Part shown: one piece after another, positions 26,930-38,143 of the stretch
Numbering within the stretch: position 1 is the stretch's first letter
Layout: each line of letters starts with the position of its first letter
Assembly: GCA_965644295.1 (NCBI GenBank)
Contig: CBFFRP010000395.1
Span: forward strand, 186,001 to 250,000
Length of the DNA: 64,000 nucleotides
Reading direction: 5' to 3'
DNA from: Paraphysomonas bandaiensis
Taxonomy: Eukaryota; Protista; Chrysophyceae
The notes under the pieces: model-generated
What the model was told of the DNA's origin: nothing
Database searches by the model: none
Seen by the model: the letters and a program-made list of their open reading frames with translations, nothing else
Made by a program: the position numbers and the translations under genes

Positions 26930-27671
26930 TAATAGAGTGTTAATATACTATAAAATATTGAGATGAGTATATACATATATATGTAGCGTACCTTAATACC
27001 ACACAGCCATATCCATATATCCATACAAGGGCACACCAAAGCAAAGAAATTTCCTCATAGTAGGAATCCCACATGCTGTGTACCTACATACATAAGTACA
27101 CAGTACCGGAGTACTATATCTACTGCTGTGTACATGCAAACTGTACATATATAATTATGCAGTACCTGGAGTACCAGAGTACTGCTGTACTGCCTTCCAT
27201 AACATACTTACGTAGGTGGGAATATGTTTACCATGCAAAAAATCGCCCCTTTTCATTGTTTAAGAATACTATATATTGTACATTGATCTCAAAAAACAGT
27301 AGTATACAGCTAAAAACCTGGGAGTTTTTACCTGGTCGACATTTCCCACCCTCACACAGCAGTACAGTGTACTGGTGTACTGGTATATGGTATACACACA
27401 CAAGCATGTCCTCTTCGTCTACGAGTACATATAAAGTCATAATGGTGTTGCTGTAGTGGTAGAGTATACAGTGATATCATAATACAGGACACAGCCGTTG
27501 AGTGGTACGCTACAGCTGCCTATGGATCTATGCACTACTCTACTGCACTGCTGTAGGAAGCTCACCATCTCATGACACATGCATGCATGCATGCATGTAT
27601 ATATGTAATGAGGGGTATGTTACAACAACGCCAAGATGAATACACTCTTTCTTAATATTGATTAGTATAAT

Positions 27672-30642
27672 ATGAATGAGAGTGACAACTGCAAGACAGT
27701 GACTCTGTCGTGTCCATTGCCAATGACTGTTAACAACCCAAACAGACACGCAGACACAGACATAAACACATATGAGTTATGTCAGTTAGCCGCTGCAGGA
27801 GAGAGACTGGAGCTCAATGTTTCATTCAGACAGTTGACTGATAGTGATGTGGATCAAATGATTGATATATTAAATAGCGGCATAGCGACTCGTGTTGAAA
27901 CACTGATCTTAAAACGCAACTGGATCAGTGATGAGGGCGCACACAGTCTCGCTAATGCATTGGAGAGAGCTGCTAATGAAACACATGCAAGCGACGCTGT
28001 CACAGGCATGTTGTGGGCGAAATACTTGACTAGATTAGACCTAAGCAAAAACGAAATCGGCGAGGAAGGGGCTGTTGCACTACTGAACGCATTGCGTAAA
28101 TGTCGTGGAAATATTAAACTTCGGCGCCTAGATATGGCATTTACCGGAAACATTACGGATGAAACTAGAGTAGGCATTGCCGTTGAAATCCTGCGCAACA
28201 TAACAGATGCATCGAATCAACTGCATAACTCTGAAAATTTTGGTGAAAAACAAAATGTAGAACAGTTGGACTCTGGCGTTCATTTTGTCCCTGAGCTTCA
28301 TTTGAGCGGTCAATTCTTTGGTGATGAAGCTGTGGATATGTTATGTACTGCCTTAAAAGGCAATACAACACTGAAAAGGCTACATCTTGACGACAATGAC
28401 GTCAGTGAGAAAGGTATGCCTAATTACTAGCTTGACAGCCAGTGACAAGCTTATTGCTGTTTGCACAGGAGCACAGTCGATTTTGAGGTTGCTAGAGTCT
28501 AACTTTACTCTTCAGTATTTAGATCTTGAGGGAAATAACCACTTAAAATCTGAACATAAAGATGAAATTGGTGCTTGTCTTGTTCGCAACCGCAATATAC
28601 AGGGACTATATTTGCAGCGATACTCCGTGGATGACGGTCCTCCTGTACATCGCTCACGAACTAGTGAAGTTGTATTTGGAAAAGATATGAAACAAACCCC
28701 GCCTGCGCCAGTTGCATTAAAAAAAATGAAAAATCGAGAGCAATTCGAGCGCGAGCTGCGGTGTAGAATGGAAATAAAGCAGAATCATACACTGAGGAAG
28801 GAAGAATTCGGTGTTGTGGTAGATGTTGTGGGATGGCATGCTCCAGAAGATGTTGATATACCTGCTATTGATATACCTAGACGGGATGAAAGTTGTGAAG
28901 AATGTGAAGAGTACATTCTAGTCATGCCGAAAGGGCACACTTCGCTGTGGCAGTCGCTTGGTAGCCAGCGCATTGCGCGCTATGACGTTCAACAATCACT
29001 GAGCCTTGTCCACCAAATAGTTGTATTAGTTCAGCACTTACACGATGCGGGGTTAGTGCACTGTGATCTCAAACCTCGCAATATTCTAATTTCAGACACC
29101 CGTCAACTAATTTTATGCGATTTGGATGCAGCTGTTCCTATTGGTGAGCTACGGCCGCAAAATCTGAAGAGCAGTACTGCATATAGTCCGCCTGAGCTAA
29201 TTCGTCATTATAATAACTCTAATTATCAGCCAACTGATACAGGTTTGCTTCGCATAGAAGCAAGTTTTGATGTTTGGTCCATTGGAGTTATTTTGTTTGA
29301 AGTGTTGACAGGACGACATCTTTTCCCACAGGATATAAGCGACGACAATATGGTGGATGAAGCCTCAGCAATGCAACTCAGTTTGTGGCTATGTATTAAC
29401 GACGCATTACTTGATATTGTATTGAAAGAATGCGACAGTGTTGAGTTAAGATTGAATGCTCATTACCTGATCCGGTGGTGTCTACAAGGGGACCCTACCC
29501 TGCGTCCTAGCATTTCTGATATTCTTACTCATTCGCTCTTTAGTGGTGGAAAATATAGCCCCCCTGATACCTTGCTGTCATATCCTTCGTATAAAGGCAA
29601 CAAATTATTCAAATCAATAATTTCTCAAAATGGTACTCGCATGAAATATCACGTTTTTATATCACATTTTCAAATGGAGGCATCCGGTGACGTCGGTACA
29701 TTATATCATATGCTCGAGAATCTCGGTGTGCATGTATGGCGAGATATGAACACGAGGAATTTAACAGAGACAGCCATGCGTCAGGGCGTGTTTGATAGTG
29801 ATGTATTTGTTCTTTTCCTTACAAACTCAGCGCTAAGTCGTTCTTTCTGTCTCAAAGAGGTCGGATGGGCACTTGAATTCGGGAAACCGGTAACAATCAT
29901 TGTGGAAAGGGAGGAGAGATTTTGGGCATGGGACTGGACGCGTTGGACACATGACAAATGTTCACGTGTACCGGGAGTATTGAACACCTGGAGAAAAGGT
30001 CGACTACAGAATTATTTTGACGACGTATATTCACAGCATCATAACGTGTACACTATGATCAAGAAACATCATGAAGAAAAGTCGATGCTTCCCTTTCGAC
30101 GACGAAAATTTGAAGTGAATGCATTGGTACAGGAGTTGTTGCGGAGGGCGGAAGAGCAAGGAGTGACCTGGAAACTACCTCTGACAATTACTGATAGAAA
30201 AAATGTGGATTTATTGCGACGCTCTGAGATATGCATTGTCTCACCTCCAAATGCTACTTCCATTGCTAATGCGATGCGCAACTCTCTTACATTAACATTT
30301 CCTTCTATTCAATGGGTGGATGTTATTGGAAGTGATACTAATGTTATTGTCATATTAACTTCGCAAACACTCCCTAGCTGCGAGAAGTACATGTCAGACA
30401 TTGTGGAGAGGAACTCAACCGTAACAAACAATGATGATATACATGCCGCCGCAGTGTTATTTATATATTCGGTTGAGCTTGGCTGGGATTTCGCCGACTT
30501 CTACGAAAGGCCAGACGACGACATTAAAGATTACATTTCCGCCAATGAAGCACTGACACACAGGACACTGCCTTATGAGCATCACGCTCTGTGTTCTGAA
30601 ATTTTGCGTCGCATATATTTTACTTCTAATGCGATCAGCTAA
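27672..30642 (+). CDS. LRR (RI-like) - Ser/Thr kinase - TIR domain protein; intron 28414-28468
   Basis: LxLxxNxIxDEGA repeats; VALKKM, HCDLKPRN, DLD (in place of DFG), YSPPE, DVWSIG; TIR YHVFISH..VWRD..SDVFVLFLT..SRSFCLKEV..A..GKP. The splice EKG|AQS keeps frame. Confidence 0.9.
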
Positions 30643-31006
30643 TATATTTACTTATGTTCGATTCATCAACATCTGCTCCGATTTCCCACTTATTGGTGCG
30701 CCTTATATATAGTGATTGATTACTTTCGCCGCGTGATGTAGAATATTGTTAATTTGTTGTGTTTATATAGGCCTGACTTGTATGGTCGCCATGTGTACAT
30801 GTGTACCATGTTGAGTTCTGCTATATGAGAGCAATTGAAAGCCGGAAGTTGTAAGGTATTAAATTACAGTAGTATACAGTTGTACTTTTATTAATCGTAC
30901 TGTGAGAATGAATGACGATAAGTATAGTAGTAAAACGGTGTAGTGGTGATGCAAGTTGTAGTGACGAAGTAAGATCGTACGAGAAATGAGTGGTAGTAGA
31001 GACCAG

Positions 31007-31700
31007 CAGGGCCAGGTAAAAATATATTGGATTGCAATATATTGCAATTATTTACTTTTGCTTGCTACAATATATTGATTATTATTTAATCAAAATTTGG
31101 CCTCGCAATATATTGATATATATTGCTCGTTCTTGCGTATCTTAGAAATATATTTGATTAACCACAAATTGCTTTTCATATTCACATATAACTCATCTAT
31201 TATTATAACATCGAACAATTTTGATACATACCTGCAACGAATTTGTTGCAATATTAGAATTCGTACTGTTTCTGTCAAGCTATTCACCAAATAGTAAACT
31301 CCAAACTACTTAAATTGATGCTGTAATCCTCATACAAATCTGTTTTTCTTGTGATCTGTAATAGAATGCCAGTCTAAACAGTCAATAAGCAAGATGCCAG
31401 TAAAATGATTGCCATATCCGCCCAAACTATAACACTAAACTAAACTATCACTGTACAGTATACAGTCCAAACTATTCGGCCATCATCACTTTCATATTTT
31501 ACACCCAGTATTGACCGACCAAGCACATATTCAGTACAACTAACGTTGTGGAGCGTTTGTTCAGCGTATGTCATCCTGACATACTTGCAACAAGGAATGA
31601 CCCCACGACACTTCGAAATGGTGCTGTTCCTTCGCTTCAACAAGCACTTGTGGACCGCAGAGACATCATAGATGATGGACTGTCCGACTATAAGAATGAG
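31007..31700 (+). mobile_element. Degenerate hAT DNA transposon remnant
   Basis: Frameshifted C-terminal dimerisation motif STTNVVERLFSVC / ILTYLQQGMTPRHFEMVLFLRFNKHLW at ~31533-31670; CAGGG-type end at 31007 followed by repeated palindromes CAATATATTG. Confidence 0.7.
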
Positions 31701-32093
31701 AACCACAGTGACGACGAGTTGGAACACTTAGGCCATTTTTAATACCCTAAATCCCCAGATTTAAGGCTTTCGGGATTCAGGAGTAAAATAGGGTAATAAG
31801 TATTTGTTGTTGCTGTTAGTATACCCCTAAAACCCAAAATCCCTAAATCCTTTGGCTTATTACAGCAATCGTCACACACATATATATATATATATGCATA
31901 TAGCTATAATTAATGTTCCATACATTATAAAGTATACGACCTCAGCACCATAATATACTCTAGTAGAGGGTTATGAAACGTCGACCTCACTGAGATTGTT
32001 ATGGAGGCTTTTCTTAAGTTCATACAAGAAGATGTGGAATATCAACAGTCATTTAAGCAGCAGAGGATGGAGTTGTAGACATTTGGGAAACGG

Positions 32094-33031
32094 TACATAC
32101 ATACATACATACATACATACATACATACATACATACATACATACATACATACATACATACATACATACATACATACATACATACATACATACCTACATAC
32201 ATACATACATACCTACATACATACATACATACATACATACATACATACATACCTACATACATACATACATACCTACATACATACATACATACATACATAC
32301 ATACATACATACATACATACATACATACCTACATACCTACATACCTACATACCTACATACATACATACATACATACCTACATACCTACATACATACATAC
32401 ATACATACATACATACATACATACATACATACATACATACATACATACATACATACATACATACATACATACATACATACATACATACCTACATACCTAC
32501 ATACATACATACATACATACATACATACATACATACCTACATACCTACATACCTACATACCTACATACCTACATACCTACATACCTACATACATACATAC
32601 ATACATACATACATACATACATACATACATACATACATACATACATACATACATAGATACATACATACATACATACATACATACATAGATACATAGATAC
32701 ATAGATACATAGATACATAGATACATAGATACATAGATACATAGATACATAGATACATAGATACATAGATACATTGATACATAGATACATAGATACATAG
32801 ATACATAGATACATAGATACATAGATACATAGATACATAGATACATAGATACATAGATACATATAGATACATAGATACATACATACATACATACATACAT
32901 ACATACATACATACATACATACATACATACATACATACATACATACATACATACATACATACATACATACATACATACATACATACATACATACATACAT
33001 ACATACATACATACATACATACATACATACA

Positions 33032-33065
<34 letters not shown>

Positions 33066-33915
33066 CATACATACATACATACATACATACATACATACAT
33101 ACATACATACATACATACATACATACATACATACATACATACATACATACATACATACATACATACATACATACATACATACATACATACATACATACAT
33201 ACATACATACATACATACATACATACATACATACATACATACATACATACATACATACATACATACATACATACATACATACATACATACATACATACAT
33301 ACATACATACATACATACATACATACATACATACATACATACATACATACATACATACATACATACATACATACATACATACATACATACATACATACAT
33401 ACATACATACATACATACATACATACATACATACATACATACATACATACATACATACATACATACATACATACATACATACATACATACATACATACAT
33501 ACATACATACATACATACATACATACATACATACATACATACATACATACATACATACATACATACATACATACATACATACATACATACATACATACAT
33601 ACATACATACATACATACATACATACATACATACATACATACATACATACATACATACATACATACATACATACATACATACATACATACATACATACAT
33701 ACATACATACATACATACATACATACATACATACATACATACATACATACATACATACATACATACATACATACATACATACATACATACATACATACAT
33801 ACATACATACATACATACATACATACATACATACATACATACATACATACATACATACATACATACATACATACCTACATACATACATACATACATACAT
33901 ACATACATACATACA

Positions 33916-33944
<29 letters not shown>
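32094..33944 (+). repeat. ~1.85-kb (ATAC)n microsatellite with CTAC-variant and (ATAGATAC)n sub-blocks
   Basis: Directly visible; the octamer block lies at ~32685-32877. Confidence 0.98.
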
Positions 33945-33948
<4 letters not shown>

Positions 33949-34155
33949 TGCCACACAGATACTGATCAGAACAGAGTATACATATAGACCCTCGACTATG
34001 TCCATAGCTTATAATGAAGTCCATTAAACTCTAGGTATAGATGCAGAGGACATCACATAACAAAGAGAGGTAAGAGTGGTACCTTACATATATACACTAT
34101 CCAACACAACTAACACACCTACCCACTCACACTCTCTCTACATATATATATATAC

Positions 34156-36459
34156 ATGTACAGTACCGTCTCATCAATCCTTAAAGAACTATGGTCATCT
34201 GAACTATACAATATCTTATCTTCTCATTCATTACATCATCAAACTACATCATCATATGATCATCTTATATCTAAAAGGGGTATACCTGTATGGTTATCTG
34301 AATGGTTTCAATGCACCCCACATATGACATCAACTCATAAACATACTACTAAAAATCCCCTTAAAAAAACACGAACTTCATCAAGAATACATAAAAAACC
34401 TACAAATTTGAATCAAATTAATTTGGAAAATGATATATTATCAACATGGGAAGATCCTCATATCTTAATTCCTGCTCAACAGTATGGTGAAGTTGATGCA
34501 TGTATATCTGAGATTGCATCAGTTCCACAACCATTTACTGTATATGTTCATCCACAAGTTAGTTTATTATGTGATATACATAGTCATTTAAGTGATGCTG
34601 AAGTAATTGGTCTATTAGCTGGTCGATGGGATCCAATTGAGCGTTGCATATATATACAAACGGCTTGTCCATGTGATTCAACGGAACGAATAGATGATGA
34701 TGGTTCGACTGATGTAGAAATGGATCCTACTGCTGAATTAGTAGCACGTGAGGCAATACATAGCATGGGACTTATGGTTGTTGGATGGTATCACTCTCAC
34801 CCTAGTTTCAGGCCCGATCCCTCTACCACAGACGTGATTAATCAGCGACAGTATCAGCAGCTAATGCGTGATGAAACCTCAGGTATGGAGCCTTTTGTAG
34901 GTCTGATTGTCTCTACTTATGACCCCTCTCGGCCTGGATTGGAATCTCTGCACCAATGGTTTCATGCAGTGCCCTTCTCCTGCGCGAGTCGAGCTGCAGC
35001 ATGCCAGTGGCTTCCGATGACGGTACGTGTTTGTACGGCCAGTGTCTGTAAAAGTCTGTGTCCTATATCCGGCCAGGTATCACCCGACATCGCATCCACG
35101 CTATCAAACCGCCTTTTGTCATTGAATAATAAATCCTCGGATGGTACATCACTTCAAGGTGAGCCACCACAACCGAATGGTGAAATATCCAAGTCCGTGG
35201 AAAAGGAAGATAGTTCCAAAAATGAACTTCCTAACGAAGAAATGATGTTAAAAGAGGCTGACGTGTCTGTTGGTCTCGATAGAATTAGCGGCAAGTCTAG
35301 TCGGGATGAGACCGAGATGAGCCCGAGCTGTGACCAAACAGAAATAAAGTCCGTGGAAAAGGAAGAAAGTTCCAGAAATGAACTTCCTAACGAGGAAATG
35401 AAGTTAAAAGAGGCTGACGTGTCTGTTGGTCTCGATAGAATTAGCGGCAAGTCTAGTCGGGATGAGACCGAAATGAGTCCGAGCTGTGACCAAACAGAAA
35501 TAAAGTCCGTGGAAAAGGAAGAAAGTTCCAGAAATGAACTTCCTAACGAGGAAATGAAGTTAAAAGAGGCTCACGTGTCTGTTGGTCTCGATAGAATTAG
35601 CGGCAAGTTCAGTCGGGATGAGACCGAGATGAGTCCGAGCTGTGATCAAACAGAAACAAATAGAGCACCAGATAGTGATGATTCTGTCCATCCTTGTAGT
35701 AGCCTCGAGAAGGGCAAAAAGGAAACAAGTATAGTGAAGATAGAAAATACATCTACTAGAGAGATAGAACAAACTGACTGTACCGATAAAAGCACTGACG
35801 CTACTGATGGTGAGAAAGAACAAACTGACTGTACCAATGAAAGCGCTGAAGCTACTGATGCTTTGAAAGTCTCATCATCGCCTGAAGGACAGAAAATGCC
35901 ACTACGTCGATCCCGCATAAGGCGTGCTCCACGTACTTTCTATGACGATGAAGTGTACGATAATTCCATAAGAGTGGAAAGAACGAATGGACCGACTGAT
36001 GCCACCTTAACTATATGTCACAAAGTAAAGGATAATGGGAAGGACAAGAATGTGGCACCTGTTAACGGTGAGGGCGGAAGGAGCAAAAGAGGTGTTAAGC
36101 GCCGTCGCAACGGGCTTGGAGTGGTTTCAACTTCTGGGGGTCGTGGAAGGTGCATGGCCTCCCTGATTCAGTGTCTACAGCAGGAGACATCGGCTGCAGT
36201 TAAAGGGCGAACGCTTGTGTGTTCGGCAGCTCCTATTCTACAATGCTCTTGCATTGGAATTGTCGCCTTGGGCTATCACTATAGCCAATCCAAACGTAAA
36301 ACCAATATCTTGAAGAAGTGGAAGAATGTCTTCAAATATAGTAAAATTAAAGCCAGCATTTGTGTTTGGTTGAAGTATATGGGACTAAGTGAAAGTGATC
36401 AGGAGTTATTTGCGGATAGCATTGTTGATTTTTTAAATTCCTGCTGGCGAAATGAATAA
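34156..36459 (+). CDS. MPN+/JAMM metalloprotease-domain protein (MPND/MYSM1-like), intronless
   Basis: HSHLSDAEVIGLLAG, VVGWYHSHPSFRPDPSTTDVINQ (E..HxH..S..D), PFVGLIVSTY. Confidence 0.88.
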   Translation: MYSTVSSILKELWSSELYNILSSHSLHHQTTSSYDHLISKRGIPVWLSEWFQCTPHMTSTHKHTTKNPLKKTRTSSRIHKKPTNLNQINLENDILSTWEDPHILIPAQQYGEVDACISEIASVPQPFTVYVHPQVSLLCDIHSHLSDAEVIGLLAGRWDPIERCIYIQTACPCDSTERIDDDGSTDVEMDPTAELVAREAIHSMGLMVVGWYHSHPSFRPDPSTTDVINQRQYQQLMRDETSGMEPFVGLIVSTYDPSRPGLESLHQWFHAVPFSCASRAAACQWLPMTVRVCTASVCKSLCPISGQVSPDIASTLSNRLLSLNNKSSDGTSLQGEPPQPNGEISKSVEKEDSSKNELPNEEMMLKEADVSVGLDRISGKSSRDETEMSPSCDQTEIKSVEKEESSRNELPNEEMKLKEADVSVGLDRISGKSSRDETEMSPSCDQTEIKSVEKEESSRNELPNEEMKLKEAHVSVGLDRISGKFSRDETEMSPSCDQTETNRAPDSDDSVHPCSSLEKGKKETSIVKIENTSTREIEQTDCTDKSTDATDGEKEQTDCTNESAEATDALKVSSSPEGQKMPLRRSRIRRAPRTFYDDEVYDNSIRVERTNGPTDATLTICHKVKDNGKDKNVAPVNGEGGRSKRGVKRRRNGLGVVSTSGGRGRCMASLIQCLQQETSAAVKGRTLVCSAAPILQCSCIGIVALGYHYSQSKRKTNILKKWKNVFKYSKIKASICVWLKYMGLSESDQELFADSIVDFLNSCWRNE
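35191..35655 (+). repeat. In-frame tandem repeat, 3 x 156 bp (52 aa), inside the MPN gene
   Basis: Units start at 35191, 35347 and 35503 (AAGTCCGTGGAAAAGGAAGA). Confidence 0.95.
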
Positions 36460-37450
36460 GTAGTAATTTGCATGTTTTTAGTTGTACTATCATATGTGAT
36501 GTGAATAGTGGAAGTGGCATAACTAACTTTTGGTATACAAAGTTATTGCTTGTCAGTATTTATGATTGATGATTGAGTAAGTTCCATACTACAAGTTGTG
36601 GAAGTTTCACTTTACATACAACGAATCAACAGGTTGCAGATGTTTTGAAAAGGACCTGTGCGTTTCAACACTAATGGGTACATAATTACTAAAAAGTAAT
36701 CAAAATATTTCAGCTTGAAGTGTTGAAATGTTTCTACGCTCTACGTACATAAATGTCATGATGAATATGGGAAGAATTGTGGACACACGAGGCTTTTGTA
36801 GTCTTTCTTAGCATTATCATATCATTTATGGACTATTCGAGCGCAGCTGACTTGAATGCTTTTGTATATATATTATGACTCACACAATCTAGCTAACCAC
36901 GACCATAGAGAACTAGGTGCCTTTTCCTCGAATCACCATTAGCATCAGATGTGGCATTTGAACTCTCCAGTAATATTCTTGAAGTTGAAGATAGATCGTA
37001 TGCTCGAATATCATTATGATCTACTAAACATCAGACGAAGAATGGAAGATAACTTGGAGTGTTAAATGATCTGATTTTGAAAGTGGAGTCGTTATTGTGG
37101 TTTCACTGTCATTGTGTAATATATTGAAATCACATGCAAGTGTCTGTCGATATTATAATTAAAATAGAAGAGATTTTATGCTCACACCGAATATTGAAGT
37201 TGAATGTCTATATATACCTGGTGCTAATATGAGCGTTCTGTTGAACCCAAGAAATTGCTTTCTTTTAGACAAAAAGAAAATAACACATATATTATCAAAA
37301 CACTGAGCTAATTAGTGATAAGATCACCTTGTAGCTAACATGAACCGGAACTGCATTATTTAGTAATCATAAAATTGCAGTTTAGACTTCTTTTTTTAAA
37401 TTCAAAAGTAACCTAGCAGTGAATGTCTGATTATTAGCAATAGGCGTGTT

Positions 37451-37674
37451 AGTGTCAGAACTAGTGTAGCAAAACAGTTTAATAAACTAGTGCTTAACTC
37501 TGATATCCTACTCTTTTACTCTACGAAAGATGCTTGTGCTTAACCGCAAGCACCAAGGTGCAACCACTTTTGCTCTCTGTCCTTAAGGTGGTCAGCCCGG
37601 ATGCTTGACTTCAGCAGGAAGCTCAATACCCCGGATGTCTTGAGGTGGGCCCATTCCCGGATGTCTGTTTATTC
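37451..37674 (-). ncRNA. Unidentified ~220-nt structured element, copy A
   Basis: Roughly 80% identical (by eye) to 45290-45504 in inverted orientation, with compensatory changes in stems. Confidence 0.5.
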
Positions 37675-38143
37675 CCACTAGCATCGTTAGAGTTGTGACG
37701 TTGTTGATTGATAATTTTATGAGTGTTTTGTCTGTGTTAGATCTCAAGTTATAACTTGTGTAATTTAAGACAACCTTTTCTAGTTTACAAGTGTTGGAGT
37801 CAAAGTAACAAGTGCACACGTCTCATTATTTTAAAGAGGTAAACCTAGGGTAGATAGCTGTGTCATACTCGTAATGAATATAAAATAACTCATACACGCC
37901 GACTTTTACGTGTGTAAGCACGACAAAGTAATCATTTTTACGTAGTTGACGGTCTAACAAACCAATCATTACCCCCTTTTTTCAGAACATTTTAAAAAAG
38001 AAAAAGGATCTATGGGAAAGCATTAAAAACTATTTTTACATTATGAAGTGTAAAATAAATACTTAACTGAGAACTCATAGTCGTAATATTGAGATCATTT
38101 ACGATGTTTTAGTAAAAACAAAAAATATCAATTATATATAATA

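Noticed and set aside
31745-31850. CCCTAAA words as interstitial telomeric repeat
   Set aside because: Only three or so dispersed copies, not tandem; more likely transposon subterminal motifs.
31996-34005. Long 230-478 aa MYVC/HTYI ORFs
   Set aside because: Same microsatellite artefact.
37592-37819. 75-aa ORF overlapping structured element copy A
   Set aside because: Frame is broken by a 1-nt indel and a stop in copy B.
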